Shown piece by piece: positions 35,301-47,700 of a stretch of 64,000 bases of DNA. The notes under the pieces are model-generated. The model had not been told where the DNA came from and ran no database searches. It worked only from the letters and a program-made list of their open reading frames with translations. Position numbers and translations under genes: made by a program. The stretch's first letter is position 1, and each line of letters opens with the position of its first letter. Origin of the DNA: Anthoceros angustus (taxonomy: Eukaryota; Plantae; Anthocerotophyta); the NCBI GenBank assembly GCA_010909165.1, contig VJWM01000108.1, forward strand, positions 620,001 to 684,000. Reading direction: 5' to 3'.

Positions 35301-36289
35301 GGCCACCAAGCAGTTACAAACAAACGCATCCGGCTCAACGCCACTCGCCAACACATGGGCATGCACTTGCCGGCCAGATTTCAAGTCTGCGCTCCTTGCA
35401 CACGCCTGAAGGGCTGCCACAAATACATGGCCATCTGGTTTCACACTGGACCTGCACATCCGATGATACAGTTGGACGGCCTGGGTGTCCTTTCCGTGTT
35501 TAACATGGGCAGAAATTAACGAAGACCACATGTAGGCATCTGGTTTGGCAACCGCGTCAAACACATCGATCGCGTTCTGCAACCTGCCTTGAGTAGCATA
35601 CATTCGCAGGATGTGGTTGCACAGGAAGGTATCCGACTGGTACCCCTTCTGCACCGTGAAAGCGTGGACGCGGCTACCCAGAACAAGCTCCTCCTGAGAT
35701 ACGCATTCCTTCAGCACAGTAAAGAAGAGAAATTTGGAAATACAACGGTCTGTCTGCACCAAAACTTCCAAAGCGTCAACAGCCTCCGTGAGACGGCCTG
35801 CATGACATAGCTTCCTCACGGCTTCAGCCGTTGCATCCCTATCACCTCCTGCAGGCCTGAGAGGAGGATCAGGATCATCCCGTAACCTCCTCCCCATATC
35901 CAGGGCAGCAAGCTGCGTATCCACCCAGAATGGCGTGTACAAGTCGTTCAACCAGAGGACCTCGTGGAATCGATTGCCTGTGCCGGAAGTCGGGGGAACC
36001 GAGGCTCGATTTCTTTGGCCTTTAGTCCAACCAAGGCGTAGGGTCCTGAAAAAAAATGTGTCAACACAATGTCTCCTGGCGACGATCCTCGCTGCAAGTT
36101 CCGTGTGCCGCTAGACGTCCTCTTGGAGGGGCTGGCTCTGTTGCAATAGTGCAGCACCTCCCGACTTGGACTTGGTTGTGCGCCAACGGTTGGCAGGAAG
36201 CTCCACCAAGAATACCCGTCACCCCACCACCAGCCACGGCTTACACACACGAAGGCGCGCTGGTAGAATGGATGCAAGACAAGCACCAA
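32349..36289 (-). CDS. PLS-class PPR protein, DYW:WW type, 8 PLS triplets, decayed N-terminal PDF motif and degenerate deaminase tail
   Basis: 1200-aa open frame 32349-35951 with WKQPGQSWWAD. The tail retains only EISDENKIICARS*LAL in another frame. A probable N-terminus extends, with frameshifts, to the ATG at 36289. Confidence 0.9.
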
Positions 36290-37179
36290 CCACCTTAGGA
36301 ATTGAGCTGAACCTAACCAACAACAACCTGCAGCTCATCAGAGGCACCTGTGATGGTGTCCAACTTCATCAGCGGCGCCTCTGATGGTTTCCAGCTGTTA
36401 CCATCTGCAGCAGCAAACTTTTATCGAGACAAGTGCATACGGCAACGCAACCCAAAGCAAATCCTGTGATAAGCACCTCCGTGTACCACACCTGCGAGGG
36501 CCCGGACTCAGGAGGTCACGGAGGCCAAGGGAGGGATATCATGCGAGACTGGTCCTCGTCCTCCTGACAGTCACCACTCCTTCCTTCCCAGGAAAGCGTG
36601 AAGCTAGCGGAGCAAGGTGTGATGCACATCGCTTCGATGAAGGAATAGACGACAAGCATTGCGTCTGCTGACTTGCATTTAGGCAACCATGGAACCGGCA
36701 TCATGGTTCCGCAAACATATGATCCCTTAGTCACCAGGCCCTTCAATTCCAGCTGCATGCAGCCTGCAAAGCAAACTTACACTTTGCCTAAAGCTACAAT
36801 TTCCGACCAGGTTCTCTTTCACCCCCGCACACGGACTCTTTCAAGGACTTCCTCCAGCCTCCGACATTGTGTGCGGCTTGCTTGCGGAACAAGGAAACTG
36901 GGCTAGGGGTGGTTTTACACTACACCGGCGGTGTCTTTATGGTTTTGCCGAACAAGGAGACTGGGCTAGGGGTGGATTCACAGTAAAACCGGTCTTGACT
37001 GACCAGTCAGTTCCGCGTCACCCCTTGGTTCCGAGCGGTGACCCGTTCGACCACCCTTGGCATTCACATATATCACCGGTGGTATTGACGAGTGGTCAGC
37101 ACGAGTTTAGGATAGAGTTTACCTGTTTCATGAAAATTATCCACATAATTATTTTATTTTTCTCCCCCAAAACTTTTTT

Positions 37180-37420
37180 CATGCTGCATATCCCGCTGTA
37201 CATGTGTCGTTTACAGGCACTTTGTCATGCACTTCGGCTTCTGCTTTCTTCTTGTGCGAGTCGGTCAAGCGCCTTCTTGTTGTGCGAGTCGATCGAGCGC
37301 CTTCTTCTTGTGCGAGTCGGTCGAGCGCCTTCTTCTTGTACGAGTCGAGTTTGAGCGCATGCCCTTTTAGGGCTGTAGTGTGGAGCGGTGTGGTGTGGAG
37401 CGGTGTGGTGTGGAGCGGCT
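37180..37420 (+). repeat. Short tandem repeats (about 28 bp x4 and 15 bp x3)
   Basis: CTTCTTGTGCGAGTCGGTCGAGCGC-like x4 at about 37249-37360; TGGAGCGGTGTGGTG x3 at about 37375-37420. Confidence 0.85.
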
Positions 37421-37749
37421 TTGAAGACATTTTGAGGTTTTTTAAAGGTTCCTGTGGCAGAATAGAGCTTGGTGCAAATTATCACGCCAAATAATGATGA
37501 GGTGTATATTATTCTTTTTAATTTTTTATTAAAGTACATTCTTCGAGTATTGAAATTTTTTTAATTTGTTGGTATGTGTAGGCATTTAATGACACCATAC
37601 TTTTAGGGTTAGTAATATTGTGTGTTATGGAGATCATATCCTCCACCCATATGAGAATGATGATAGGAGCTGTTGCAGCAATGATTCAATTATAGCATAG
37701 ACGTAAAAGAGACACCAAGTAGGATACATACTGGTTCAATTATAGCATA

Positions 37750-38938
37750 GACGTAAAAGAGACACCAAGTAGAATACATACCCTCGGCAGCATACTATCG
37801 GCAGCATACAGTGACAAGATGTTCAAGCAACGTCTTCGAGTGAACAAGGCCACCTTTCAACACATATGTTCAGCAGTGGCACCACTACTTGCAAGATAAG
37901 ATACTACTTTTTGGAAGGCAGTGCCAATGGACAAAAGAGTGGGAATGGTACTCTTGGTGGGGAAAGGTTGTGCACACCAAGTGATTTGTTTGGGTACTTA
38001 AATTCTACATCATGTAAAGCAACGCTTTTATTTTGTGATGCTTTGGTTAGTACGCTGCATGACACTTACATCTCGTGGCCTGGTTAGTACGCTGCATGAC
38101 ACTTACATCTCGTGGCCTGGTTAGTACGCTGCATGACACTTACATCTCGTGGCCTAACAAATAGCGAATGAAGCGATATGATATGCAGATGATTGAGTTT
38201 GCTAACATCAAAGGTATCCCTTTTGTAGTTGGAGCAGTTGATGGGTCACATATTCGTATCATTGGCACTAAGGTAAACAAAGGTGATTATTCTAACTGCA
38301 AAGGTTTTTATTGAAGGCTATTACAATTGATAGTGTCTGCCAATTATATCATATGAGACTATGACTTTGGTTGGGCCGGTAGTTGGAACGATTGGAATCT
38401 GATGAAACAAAGTCAATTGGGCAAAAAATGTGATAAAGGAAACTAAGGTCACTATTGTCTTGTAGGTGATGTTGCAAGCCAAGACTGGCCAAGACTTTTC
38501 ATGCTTACACCATTCAGAGGCTCAAAGGACGGGTTAAGCAAATTGCAACAACATTAGAACTATGCTCAAAGCAGCACCAGATTATTTGTGGAACGTGCTT
38601 TTGGAACCTTGAAAGCACGTTGGCGTTGCTTACTGAAGCGGTTGGATGTGAAGCTTATGAATACTCCAAAAATGGTGCAGGCTTTTCTTATTTTACAGAA
38701 TATGTGCATTGTCCATAGAGATGCCTTTGATGAAGAATGGCTACACCAAGTAGTGCAAGAGTGTGAGGGACTGGTGAATGACATAGATTCCAAAGCAAGC
38801 ATGGTAGCACGTCAAAGTTTATTTGAATTAAATGGAATCCAGCATATTGGTCAACAAAGGCTTGGAGAAAACGATGCTAAACAATTGGTGAATGAGTTTG
38901 ATATGCATGGATACAAAGAAGCCATGAAAAGAATATAA
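37750..38938 (+). pseudogene. PIF/Harbinger DDE transposase, degenerate
   Basis: FKQRLRVNKATFQHI, VVGAVDGSHIRI, LVGD, STRLFVERAFGTLKARWRCLLKRL, ACxILxN-like FLILQNMC; contains stops and frameshifts. Confidence 0.92.
38044..38154 (+). repeat. Perfect 37-bp triplication inside the Harbinger nuclease
   Basis: TGGTTAGTACGCTGCATGACACTTACATCTCGTGGCC at 38044, 38081 and 38118. Confidence 0.97.
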
Positions 38939-39274
38939 GCCATTGCCACTGCTTTGTTCTGGCAGATATGTGAGCAGAATGTCGCTCAAATCTTCCCGGA
39001 CGACATGGACACGTATAAAGACATAGATTGAGGTGACTGAAAGAGTTCAGTCGCACATGGAAGTGTAAGTCTAAAATAGCAACAAGAAAAATTGCCATAA
39101 TACAGAAGCAACTAACTGAAACATGCCAAAATAGAATTGTAGCAGTGGAAATGTTCCAATCAATATATACCACTTAAGTGTGGAATTTGTAATAAAAACC
39201 TATGAAATATATTAAAATTTGCCCATAGCCTACCATTTTAAGAAGCATTTTTACAGCACTGCCGTACAAGGAGG

Positions 39275-40374
39275 TCATTGGTTGTTCCTGCCTAAATTGA
39301 CAATAGCACCTACCAAACTCTCCAGCAATACCAGTTTCTTCGATTCCATGACTTCTAGTTTCTTAGACAATGAGTTGGGCATGTTCAATGCTTCTATGGA
39401 TGCATCAACAGGAGGTTTCCGTCTCTTCATGGCCAGGGCATCTTCTTCTGTGTTTGGTGTTTCAGTCTGCACATCACATTGGCTTGCTATGTCTGGAGAA
39501 GTACTTGCTTATGGTTGGCTTTCATTTGAGGTAGAATTGCCAACACTGGCACGCTTGTGAGAGTCTACATGTGCCTCACGTGTTACATATGCTTTGCTTG
39601 CCATGTACTGATCAACTAATTCATATCAAGCACACTTCTTTGAACTTTCACTGCTTAAAATGGAATTGTTTGCCTTGTCAACCTTGTACTCGTTGTATAT
39701 TGTCTTCCACTTCTGCCGACACGCCTCGGTGTTCTTCTCAAAATCAAAGAAGGTTGCCGCAATCTTTGTTGTCAGTTTGTTCCATATCTTGACACCTAGG
39801 TACAAGTGAACACAAGATTCAAGTTGCATGCAAGTTTGCTCAGGGTTGCACTCCTGAAGGTGGTTTCACAGTAACCAAGTTGCAGGGTGATCTCACACTA
39901 ACCAAGTTGCAAGGTGGTCTGATACTGACCTTGTTTTGGAGCTTTATTGAATTTCGCTTCCATAGCTCCTCTTGTATGTATCAGAAGAACCACATGATGT
40001 TCCTTTCACGTTTCTCCCCTAGTATGCCGTGTTGTTGCAGTTGGTTTGGACTTCTCATCTTTGCTGCTGGGGTGCTTGCCCCTCTGAGGACGTTGAGTTT
40101 GAGGTTGTTGATTGGTGGTAAGGTCTGTGAAGCTAGGAGGAGGGGTTGAATTTGGAGGTGGCATGAAATTAAAGTGAGGCATGGAGAAAGGCATGAAACT
40201 AGGAGGAGGTATGAAGCTACGAGGAGGCATGGAACTTGAAGATGGCAGAGGCACTCTAGGATGAGGAAGTGGCTCACTTGTGGCAGAGAAGTTAGGTTGC
40301 CTTCCAATAGCAACATCTCGACCAAGATAAGAGAGGAGAGACTTGGACGGGGATCGAGCCCAATTGTCCATCAA
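39275..40374 (-). pseudogene. Harbinger Myb/SANT (trihelix-like) DNA-binding ORF, convergent with the nuclease
   Basis: KIWNKLTTKIAA...EKNTEACRQKWKTIYNEYK, a Pro-rich N-terminal region and a C-terminal coiled segment. This is the typical two-gene Harbinger layout. Confidence 0.82.
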
Positions 40375-41289
40375 GAGAGGAGAGAGTGCGATGGAAGCCT
40401 CTTCTCAATCTGTATAAAGCAACAATGGAAGAGTTTGGGACATGCAACCATGGAAGGGAAGCCCGCAAGGCTTCACAAGGGAATTCAGCTCGACATTCGG
40501 AAGGGCACAAAAGAGACCGGGAAGTGTGTTGATTAAAGGTGTATAATTTGCATAATTATGGATCAGGGTAACTTGAAAAGGCGTACGCGATTGGTTCGTC
40601 AGGCTCATCACCGGGCATGTTAGTTTGCACCAGCCTTCATCCTAGGTACAAACTAACATCATTTTTTCAACCGACCGGCCTAACAGTGTGAATGTATGGC
40701 CATCTCCTCGACCAATAGTATGCCTTGGGGTTTCAACCGACCAGGTTGTACACCGACAGTGTCTAAATGGCTTGCGGGTATTGGGTGGACACTCGATTTC
40801 GATTTTACACCAACCGCCAGTCCCTTAAACATGGCAGTGGCATGGCATCAATGTGGCCATAGTAGGGATGTCAGGGCTTCACCTACCCCCTCGAGTTGGT
40901 GAATCCAATGATGGCTTGATTCACACACTGTCACAGTGGTGGCTAGTCGATCCTAGAATGTTTGCTCCGGCCAGTCTAGCCATGACCAGCCTCAACGTTT
41001 CACACACACTCATAGCATGGTGTTTTACCTTCATGATGATGTGGCCGTTTATCGAGTTTCATAGTCGCTTAACACACGCAATAGCAAGGGAGGGGCTCTT
41101 AGGTTTGGGTTACTTCATAGTAAATTGAGTCAGTAATCATGGCATGTGACAACATTGAACGTGAAATACCAACCGTGTGTGTCAGTGTGAGGCCGGTCAA
41201 AACTGACACAGTCGGCATTTTCGACTGACCGGGCTCATGGTGTGAACGATACGAAATGGTGTTGGCCAATGAGAACTGTTGTTTTTTCT

Positions 41290-41465
41290 AGCACGTGCCA
41301 CACACCTAAGCACACATGCTAGAAGACCAGAATACATAGAACACACAAAAGGGGTAGATATCGAGATATGTCATGAGCAAATATAACTACCTAGATAACT
41401 TAACATAGTAATCTAACTCTACGATATTAAGTAATATATAATAACTAAGGAGGTTATTTTCAACA
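41290..41465 (-). mobile_element. Short LTR with adjoining PPT (minus strand), related to 29373-29542
   Basis: CAACACTCCCACT at 41461-41473 is the reverse complement of AGTGGGAG|TGTTG. The distal end is approximate. Confidence 0.5.
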
Positions 41466-41852
41466 CTCCCACTCATTGCGTTTATCTTAAGCATTTACGT
41501 ATAGATAAACCCTGAACCTAGTCCTCCATGAGACGATCAAGTGCAAGGCTAAAGATGGGGAGCTTAGTGTACTCCCCAAACCTCCTTCATGCATGTCGAC
41601 AGTAAAGTCTGAAGCTTGAAAGAACTTGCCGAAGGAGGGACGTGCACCTCATAGGTGCGAGCATCAAGCTTTAGAGAAGAACCATTCGGGATCTGCTGAG
41701 GATGACAAGGCGGGGCAAAGTCGGGACAGCAAGAGCACCAATCCATGTCTCTGACAGGAGAGCTCTGAGGATGAAGATATGATCTGCCACAACGTGAAGG
41801 CGGGGCTACTAATGGCTGAGGAGCAGCTCCTACGGCTGCTGCAGCTCCTAAT

Positions 41853-44335
41853 GCCTACTAGAAATGGCAGCCCATGTTACACTTTATGTTAAGATTTGGA
41901 CCCCTGGATGTAACACTTATGTTGCAATTTTGGGGTCATGTAACACTTTTTGGGCCTCTTATTACATTTTGGCTTGGAAACCAAACCGGAGCGTTTGTTG
42001 CAACCATGTTGCAATGGTGTTGCAATTATGTTGAGATGAAGTGAGAGGTGCTTTTGTCCTCTCTCAAGATTACAACATATAAAGTGTTACAAGAAAAGTC
42101 TTGTAACACTTTTGGAGGCTTGGTACCGAACCTCCTCCCTATCTACCTTCCTCCTTTTACGACTATTACCCTATGGAATACCTAGTTTTACTTAGTAATT
42201 CTCACTGATACTCGTATGAATACACATATACATAAATAAATGTAGGAATACATTCTTCGTAACATACACGTACTGTTCATGGCAACATATACTTTACGGT
42301 AATTTCCTATGATATACGGTCATATTCCATTTTGTATAAAATAAGCATATACGTCATACGGATAACGTACATACTTTGTACACGTCCACGATACGTTTAC
42401 CAGTTTGTCCTTGAGCACTTAGTGCCTTTTGTGACTACGAGTTTTGCTACGCGGACCCATGTTTGCTATGCACTGCATGGGGTTGTTTGGCTCCAAGTCC
42501 TCCCTCCTTCTCTCTCCCCCTAGACAACTGCCTCATGTCCATTCACGCCTTTTGCCCTTGCCTCGACCATGGCTGTTGGTTGCTCCACCCTATCCTCCCT
42601 CCGCCACCCGCCTCTTCCACTCCCTTGCGTTGTTTTCACCGCCCACACTCAACACACAATCACATTGTCAGACAAGACACTCGCCTTCTTTGTGCTACAA
42701 AGACCTGGATCCGCCCTCCAAACACGTCCCTCCTACCGTGCACCGGCCTTGTCACTCCCTATTCACCCAAGACCCTCTCCTCCTAGCATCGCCTTCTCTA
42801 ATGTCACATCACAATCTGGTTACGCATCAAATAAAATTTTGAGGTAGGAAATCACAGCATGGAATGGGTCTTGGCCTCACCTTGCAGCTATACATGTACA
42901 TGAGACCCCGCCATTCTTCCATCGCCTTCCCTAACTTCACATCATAGTCTGGTTACGCATCAGCTGAAAATTTGAGATAGGAAATAACAGCATGGAATGG
43001 GTCTTGGCCTGACCTTGCAACTACTTGCAATTGTACATGTACACGAGACACCCCGCCATGCTACTATCGCCTTCTCTAACATCAAATCACACTAGCTAGT
43101 TACGCAACAATTGAAAATTTGAGAGGAAATCACAGTATTGGAACAGGTCTTGGCCTGACCTTGCAATGCTCTGCAAGTACAAGATCTGCTTGCGGCTGTA
43201 CACGTGATCCCGCCCTGCCACCATCCCTTCACCAACATCATGTCACACTAGTTACGCATCAGCTGAAAATTTGAGACTGGAAATCACAGCATGGAACGGG
43301 TCTCTACTTCAAATCACAGCATGGAATGGGTCTCTACTTCAAATCACAGCATGGAACGGGCCTCCTCCTCTTCCTTTCCCTCTCCCCCTCCTCCTTCTTC
43401 CTTTCCCTCTCCCCCTCCTCCTTCTTCCTTTCCCTCTCCCCCTCCTCCTTCTTCCCATCTTCCCCTCCTTCCTTCTCCTCCTTCTCCTCCTCCTCCTCCT
43501 CTACCTCAGATCCCTCTCCCCCTTTTCCTCCTTGCCTATCGCCTTCTCTAATACCAAATCACACTAGCTAGTTACACAACAGCTAAAAATTTGAGAGGAA
43601 ATCACAGGATTGGAACAGTCTTGGCACGACCTTGCAATGCTCTGCAAGTACAAGATCCGCTCATACCGTACACGTGATCCCGCCTTGCCACCATCCCTTC
43701 ACTAACGTCATGTCACACTAGTTACGCATCGGTGAAAATTTGAGGCGGAAATCACGGCATGGAGCGGGTCTTTACTTGAAATCACGGCATGGAGCGGGCC
43801 TCCTCCTCTTCCTTTCCTCTCCCTCCTCCTCCTTCCCATCTCCCTCCTCTTCCTTCCCCGGGCCCCTCTCCCTCCTCTTGCTCCTCTTCTTTTCCATCTT
43901 CCCCTCCTCCTCCTCATAATCTCCCCCTCCTGTCCTTTCGCTTTCCCCCTCCTCCTCCTTGTGAAAGGTCGAGAGACCACTTGCATGTTGTTAAGATGGT
44001 GAGGGAAGGTGGAGAAGAAAATCACAAACTTAATACCAAGCCAGCTAACCTAATGCGTGTTGCAAATGGAAAGTGTTACATGAAATTGTAACAAAGGACT
44101 GTAACATAAGCAGGTTTTCATAGTATATGTTTGAAATCACAAACAATGCTTGTGAGAAAAAGGGTGTACTTAGGAGGGTGAGGTGATGAGAGAGCTAGGT
44201 TCGTATTAAGATGGTGACAGCATGAGAAGGAATAGTGTCAAACTTAATACCAAGCCTACATAGCGTATTGCAATTTGAAAGTGTAATACAAAATTGCAAC
44301 AACGACTGTAACATAGGCTGCCTTTTCTAGTAGGG
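41853..44335. mobile_element. Complete non-autonomous CACTA-superfamily element with CCCTA-type TIRs
   Basis: Left GCCTACTAGAAATGGCAGCCCATGTTAC; right end reverse-complements to CCCTACTAGAAAAGGCAGCCTATGTTAC (25/28 identical). 3-bp TSD AAT at 41850-41852 and 44336-44338. No transposase inside. Confidence 0.9.
42780..43800 (+). repeat. About six 130-150 bp internal repeats interleaved with CT-rich tracts
   Basis: Recurrent GTTACGCATCAGCTGAAAATTTGAG..GGAAATCACAGCATGGAA..GGTCTTGGCC; also an about 30-bp sub-unit (TCTCTACTTCAAATCACAGCATGGAA..GGG) repeated at about 43282-43340. Confidence 0.85.
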
Positions 44336-44744
44336 AATCCGATTGCGCCAATGCCTGCTCAACTTGCAGCCTACCTTGTTCTCAACGCTCCTCGTCGAAA
44401 CATTGCTGATGCTGGAGACATTGCGCCCATGTGCATCCCGCCCTGATCAGCCGCCACACTGTTCTCGCCATGGCCGAGCTCCAAAGTGGTTGAGGAGCAT
44501 CGAGAGAGACTTGCCACATGAGCCAATACCGGGCAAGTAGGGTTCACCAGCTGGAAGAGTGTGAAGTCGTTCTCATGCATGAGATTTCAGCGCTGAGAAG
44601 GCAACTTGGGCCTGCTATTGGGGCCGCCGACCCTGCTAGCTCTACTTTTGGAGCTGCTCCTAGGTATGCTGTTATGAGGCTTGCAGATGCTCTCACTGAC
44701 GGTTACAGTCATTTTTCACCTCGTAGTCCACTGAATGTAGTAAA

Positions 44745-47700
44745 TGTTGCGGAAATAAACTCTTTATAATTTACCCATACTTAGGTTATGCATATCTTAG
44801 GGTTACATACCGAAAGGGCACCATATGACATATACTTAAAATTTTGTAGCTGGTCTAGCAATTTTTAGATTGTACTTTGTATAGAGACGTGACTTTTGTT
44901 CTCGCTTCTCGCTCTCTCTCCAAAAAGTTTCATGGTATCAGAACCATGCTTCTTTTCTTGGCTGAATTCATAAACAATGCCTAGATCGGGTCACTCTAGT
45001 AGGAGCGGTTCTGTAGAAAGAATCGTGGTCCTCATGGAGGTTGCCCTCCACGATCGCCACAATTTCTATCTATTGATAGTGCCTTAGATTTGTACGAACA
45101 AGAGTACCCATATCCTTGGCTCCACAGATTTGTGGATAGGCATTTTGGATGAGGACGCCTTGTACATCTACAACTACCTAACCTAAATCAAAGGACAGAA
45201 TCTTTGTTCGGAGCCTGGGCAATTCAAAGGGGCGTGAACCCAAATTTATTCTATTCAAGACCTATTGAAGCCTCCTGTCCATTGGCCTCACCTATATCTG
45301 CAAACACCAGACGATAAGAATGTGAATCAATCTCTATTAGCAGGAATGCACAAAGCACTGCCGACCAATCCCTAGCTGCAGTTACGAGGATTGAGAAGAC
45401 TTTATTTTTTATCTTCTCGAGACAAGAATTGATCAAGGCTAGAATTGAAGACACTAACTTGAATGCTGCATGCACGCCCAATTCCATCCAACACCCTGGA
45501 CATGAGAAGGAATGTGTATAAGATCATGCACCTCTTACATAACATCGACATAAATGTTCGGGAAATTGGTAAGAATACCTCTATAACACCCACAGGTTCG
45601 GCGACCTGATTACTTCCGCTGTCAGGAGAGCATTCGGCGCCTAGCGCTGGAGCGAGAGACAACCTTGATATGAAGCAACACGATGATGAGAGGTATCCCT
45701 TTACGTTCACCTCCCAGCTTATGGTGATAGGCCCAGAACACTTTGCGTCTGTTCACGAATAGGTGACATAGCAGTTAGGATTTTGCGTGAAATGTTACTT
45801 ACACTAGCGCATGACATTTTATACCTTGCTTTCTTTTTCGGCATAACACTTATCAGAGAAATGAATTAAGAAAATTCTGATGAAGAGGTCAATACGATTA
45901 GGCTAGAATAATTTATTATCCCCTCCTCTTTGGGCTACCTCCTCCATCAGACTCTCCTACATGACTCAACTAGTCAGTCATCATATTCGCATACAAATAC
46001 TGTGGACAATTTAGGCTTACTTGTGCACTTAGAGTCATAACTCTAATTGCCTTGTTTAGGCTTTATGTTCTTAGCTTGTCTGCTGCACAGCTGAATGCAT
46101 TAGCACGTCAGTTCCAGCAATTAACCTTGCAAACATCACCAATAGCAGTCGCAATGTCTGGAACATCATTTTCTAGACTTGTATTAAAAGAGAAGGACCA
46201 CTTTAACGGCACAAGATACCAAGTCTGGAGAGTTCGGATGCAATCAACGTTACTTGCACGTGGTGTGTGGAGCATCGTTGATGGATCGAGGAAGTGGCCT
46301 GATCCAATAAACGATGTCCCGCCAGCTACGGCAGCTGAGATAGCTCAGTGGGATCAACACAATAGTATCTTCCTTACCTTGCTAGTTGGAGGACTTGATG
46401 CTGATCTTGGGCCCGATGTTGAATACCTTACCGAAGCACCTGCCATTTGGAATGAATGAGAAAAGTCCTATCAAGTCAAGAACATCCCAACTCTCTGTGC
46501 TGCTAGAGAGGAGTTTTACAGATTGAGAATGAAATAGGAAGACAAAGTTGCTGCATACACAAGCAAATTCTGTCACCTAAGAGCCCAAAGCACCTCGCTC
46601 ACTGGAACTAAAATGGACAAAATAATTGATGTTTTTGCACAACTGCTTTTAAGTCTACCCCCGTCTTATCAATCTTTTATCACTGGATAGAATGGTCCAA
46701 TTCGGAATGCATAGGCTGCTGCTGCTGCTGCTGCTTCTGGAAGTGCTAGCACCATCACCTTGAAAGAAGTGATAGGTGCTTTATATCACGAAGAGCAAAG
46801 CTGTTTACTTCTGCATGAGTTCCAAAGAACAAGGCAGAGAAGGTGTCAGCTACCAATTACAGGCCAACTATAGGCAAAGGAAGATGGAAGTTCGGACCAA
46901 GTGGCAGACGTGATCCCGCACCGTCTACATCCTCTAAGCGTCCATGGAATTGCAAGTAGTGTGGCATTCCTGGCCACTGGGCAAGAGAGTATATGAAGAA
47001 AAAGGCGGGAGAGCCCCCAAGGACTCCCAAAAATGCAGCAGATGTAGCAGTAAAGGACAAATAACAAGTTGACACTAAACCCCTAGTGAAGATACTTACA
47101 GTTTGTTTTGCACGTTCTATGCATTCGAAGGACTGTTGATATCCTGATTTTGGTGCCACTACACACATATGCAGAAACAGGGATCAGTTCTTTTACTTAG
47201 AGCTACTTGCCTTATCTGCCAAGGTTTTACTTGGTGATGAACAGAATGAAACCAGTCTGGAAAGATATCCAAGGTCACGGCACGTGTAGGTTTACTCTTC
47301 ATGATGACTCCATTCTCATCATTGAAGATGTTCTATATGTCCCGAGTATGGCAAAAAACCTGCTGTGATTAAGTCGGATAATGCAGCTCCATACATGCAA
47401 TATAAAAGCTATTGATGATTCATGTTTGTTCTTTCGAAATACTGATCTTGCTCTTTGTGTCTTCAAGGGTATCCTAGAAATTGAGCTTTACAAGCTCGAT
47501 ATGAATAAACACTAGCATTATGTTAGCATGGCCTTTATTACCTCACAAAGACTAGCATTGCTATGGCATGCTCGTTTGGGCTATGTGAACCAGAACAAGC
47601 TGGTTGATATGTCTTTGTAACGCTGTCACTCGGAACCCTTACCTTGTTGTTTTCGAGACCTCCTGCCATGTGAGGCCTATATTGTTGGTAAATAAAAACA

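Noticed and set aside
36516-36758. SADAMLVVYS resembling a small-GTPase strand
   Set aside because: No P-loop, DxxG or NKxD motifs are nearby.
44933-44945. tRNA gene
   Set aside because: This and 62300-62312 are retrotransposon primer-binding sites, with no cloverleaf or A/B boxes.
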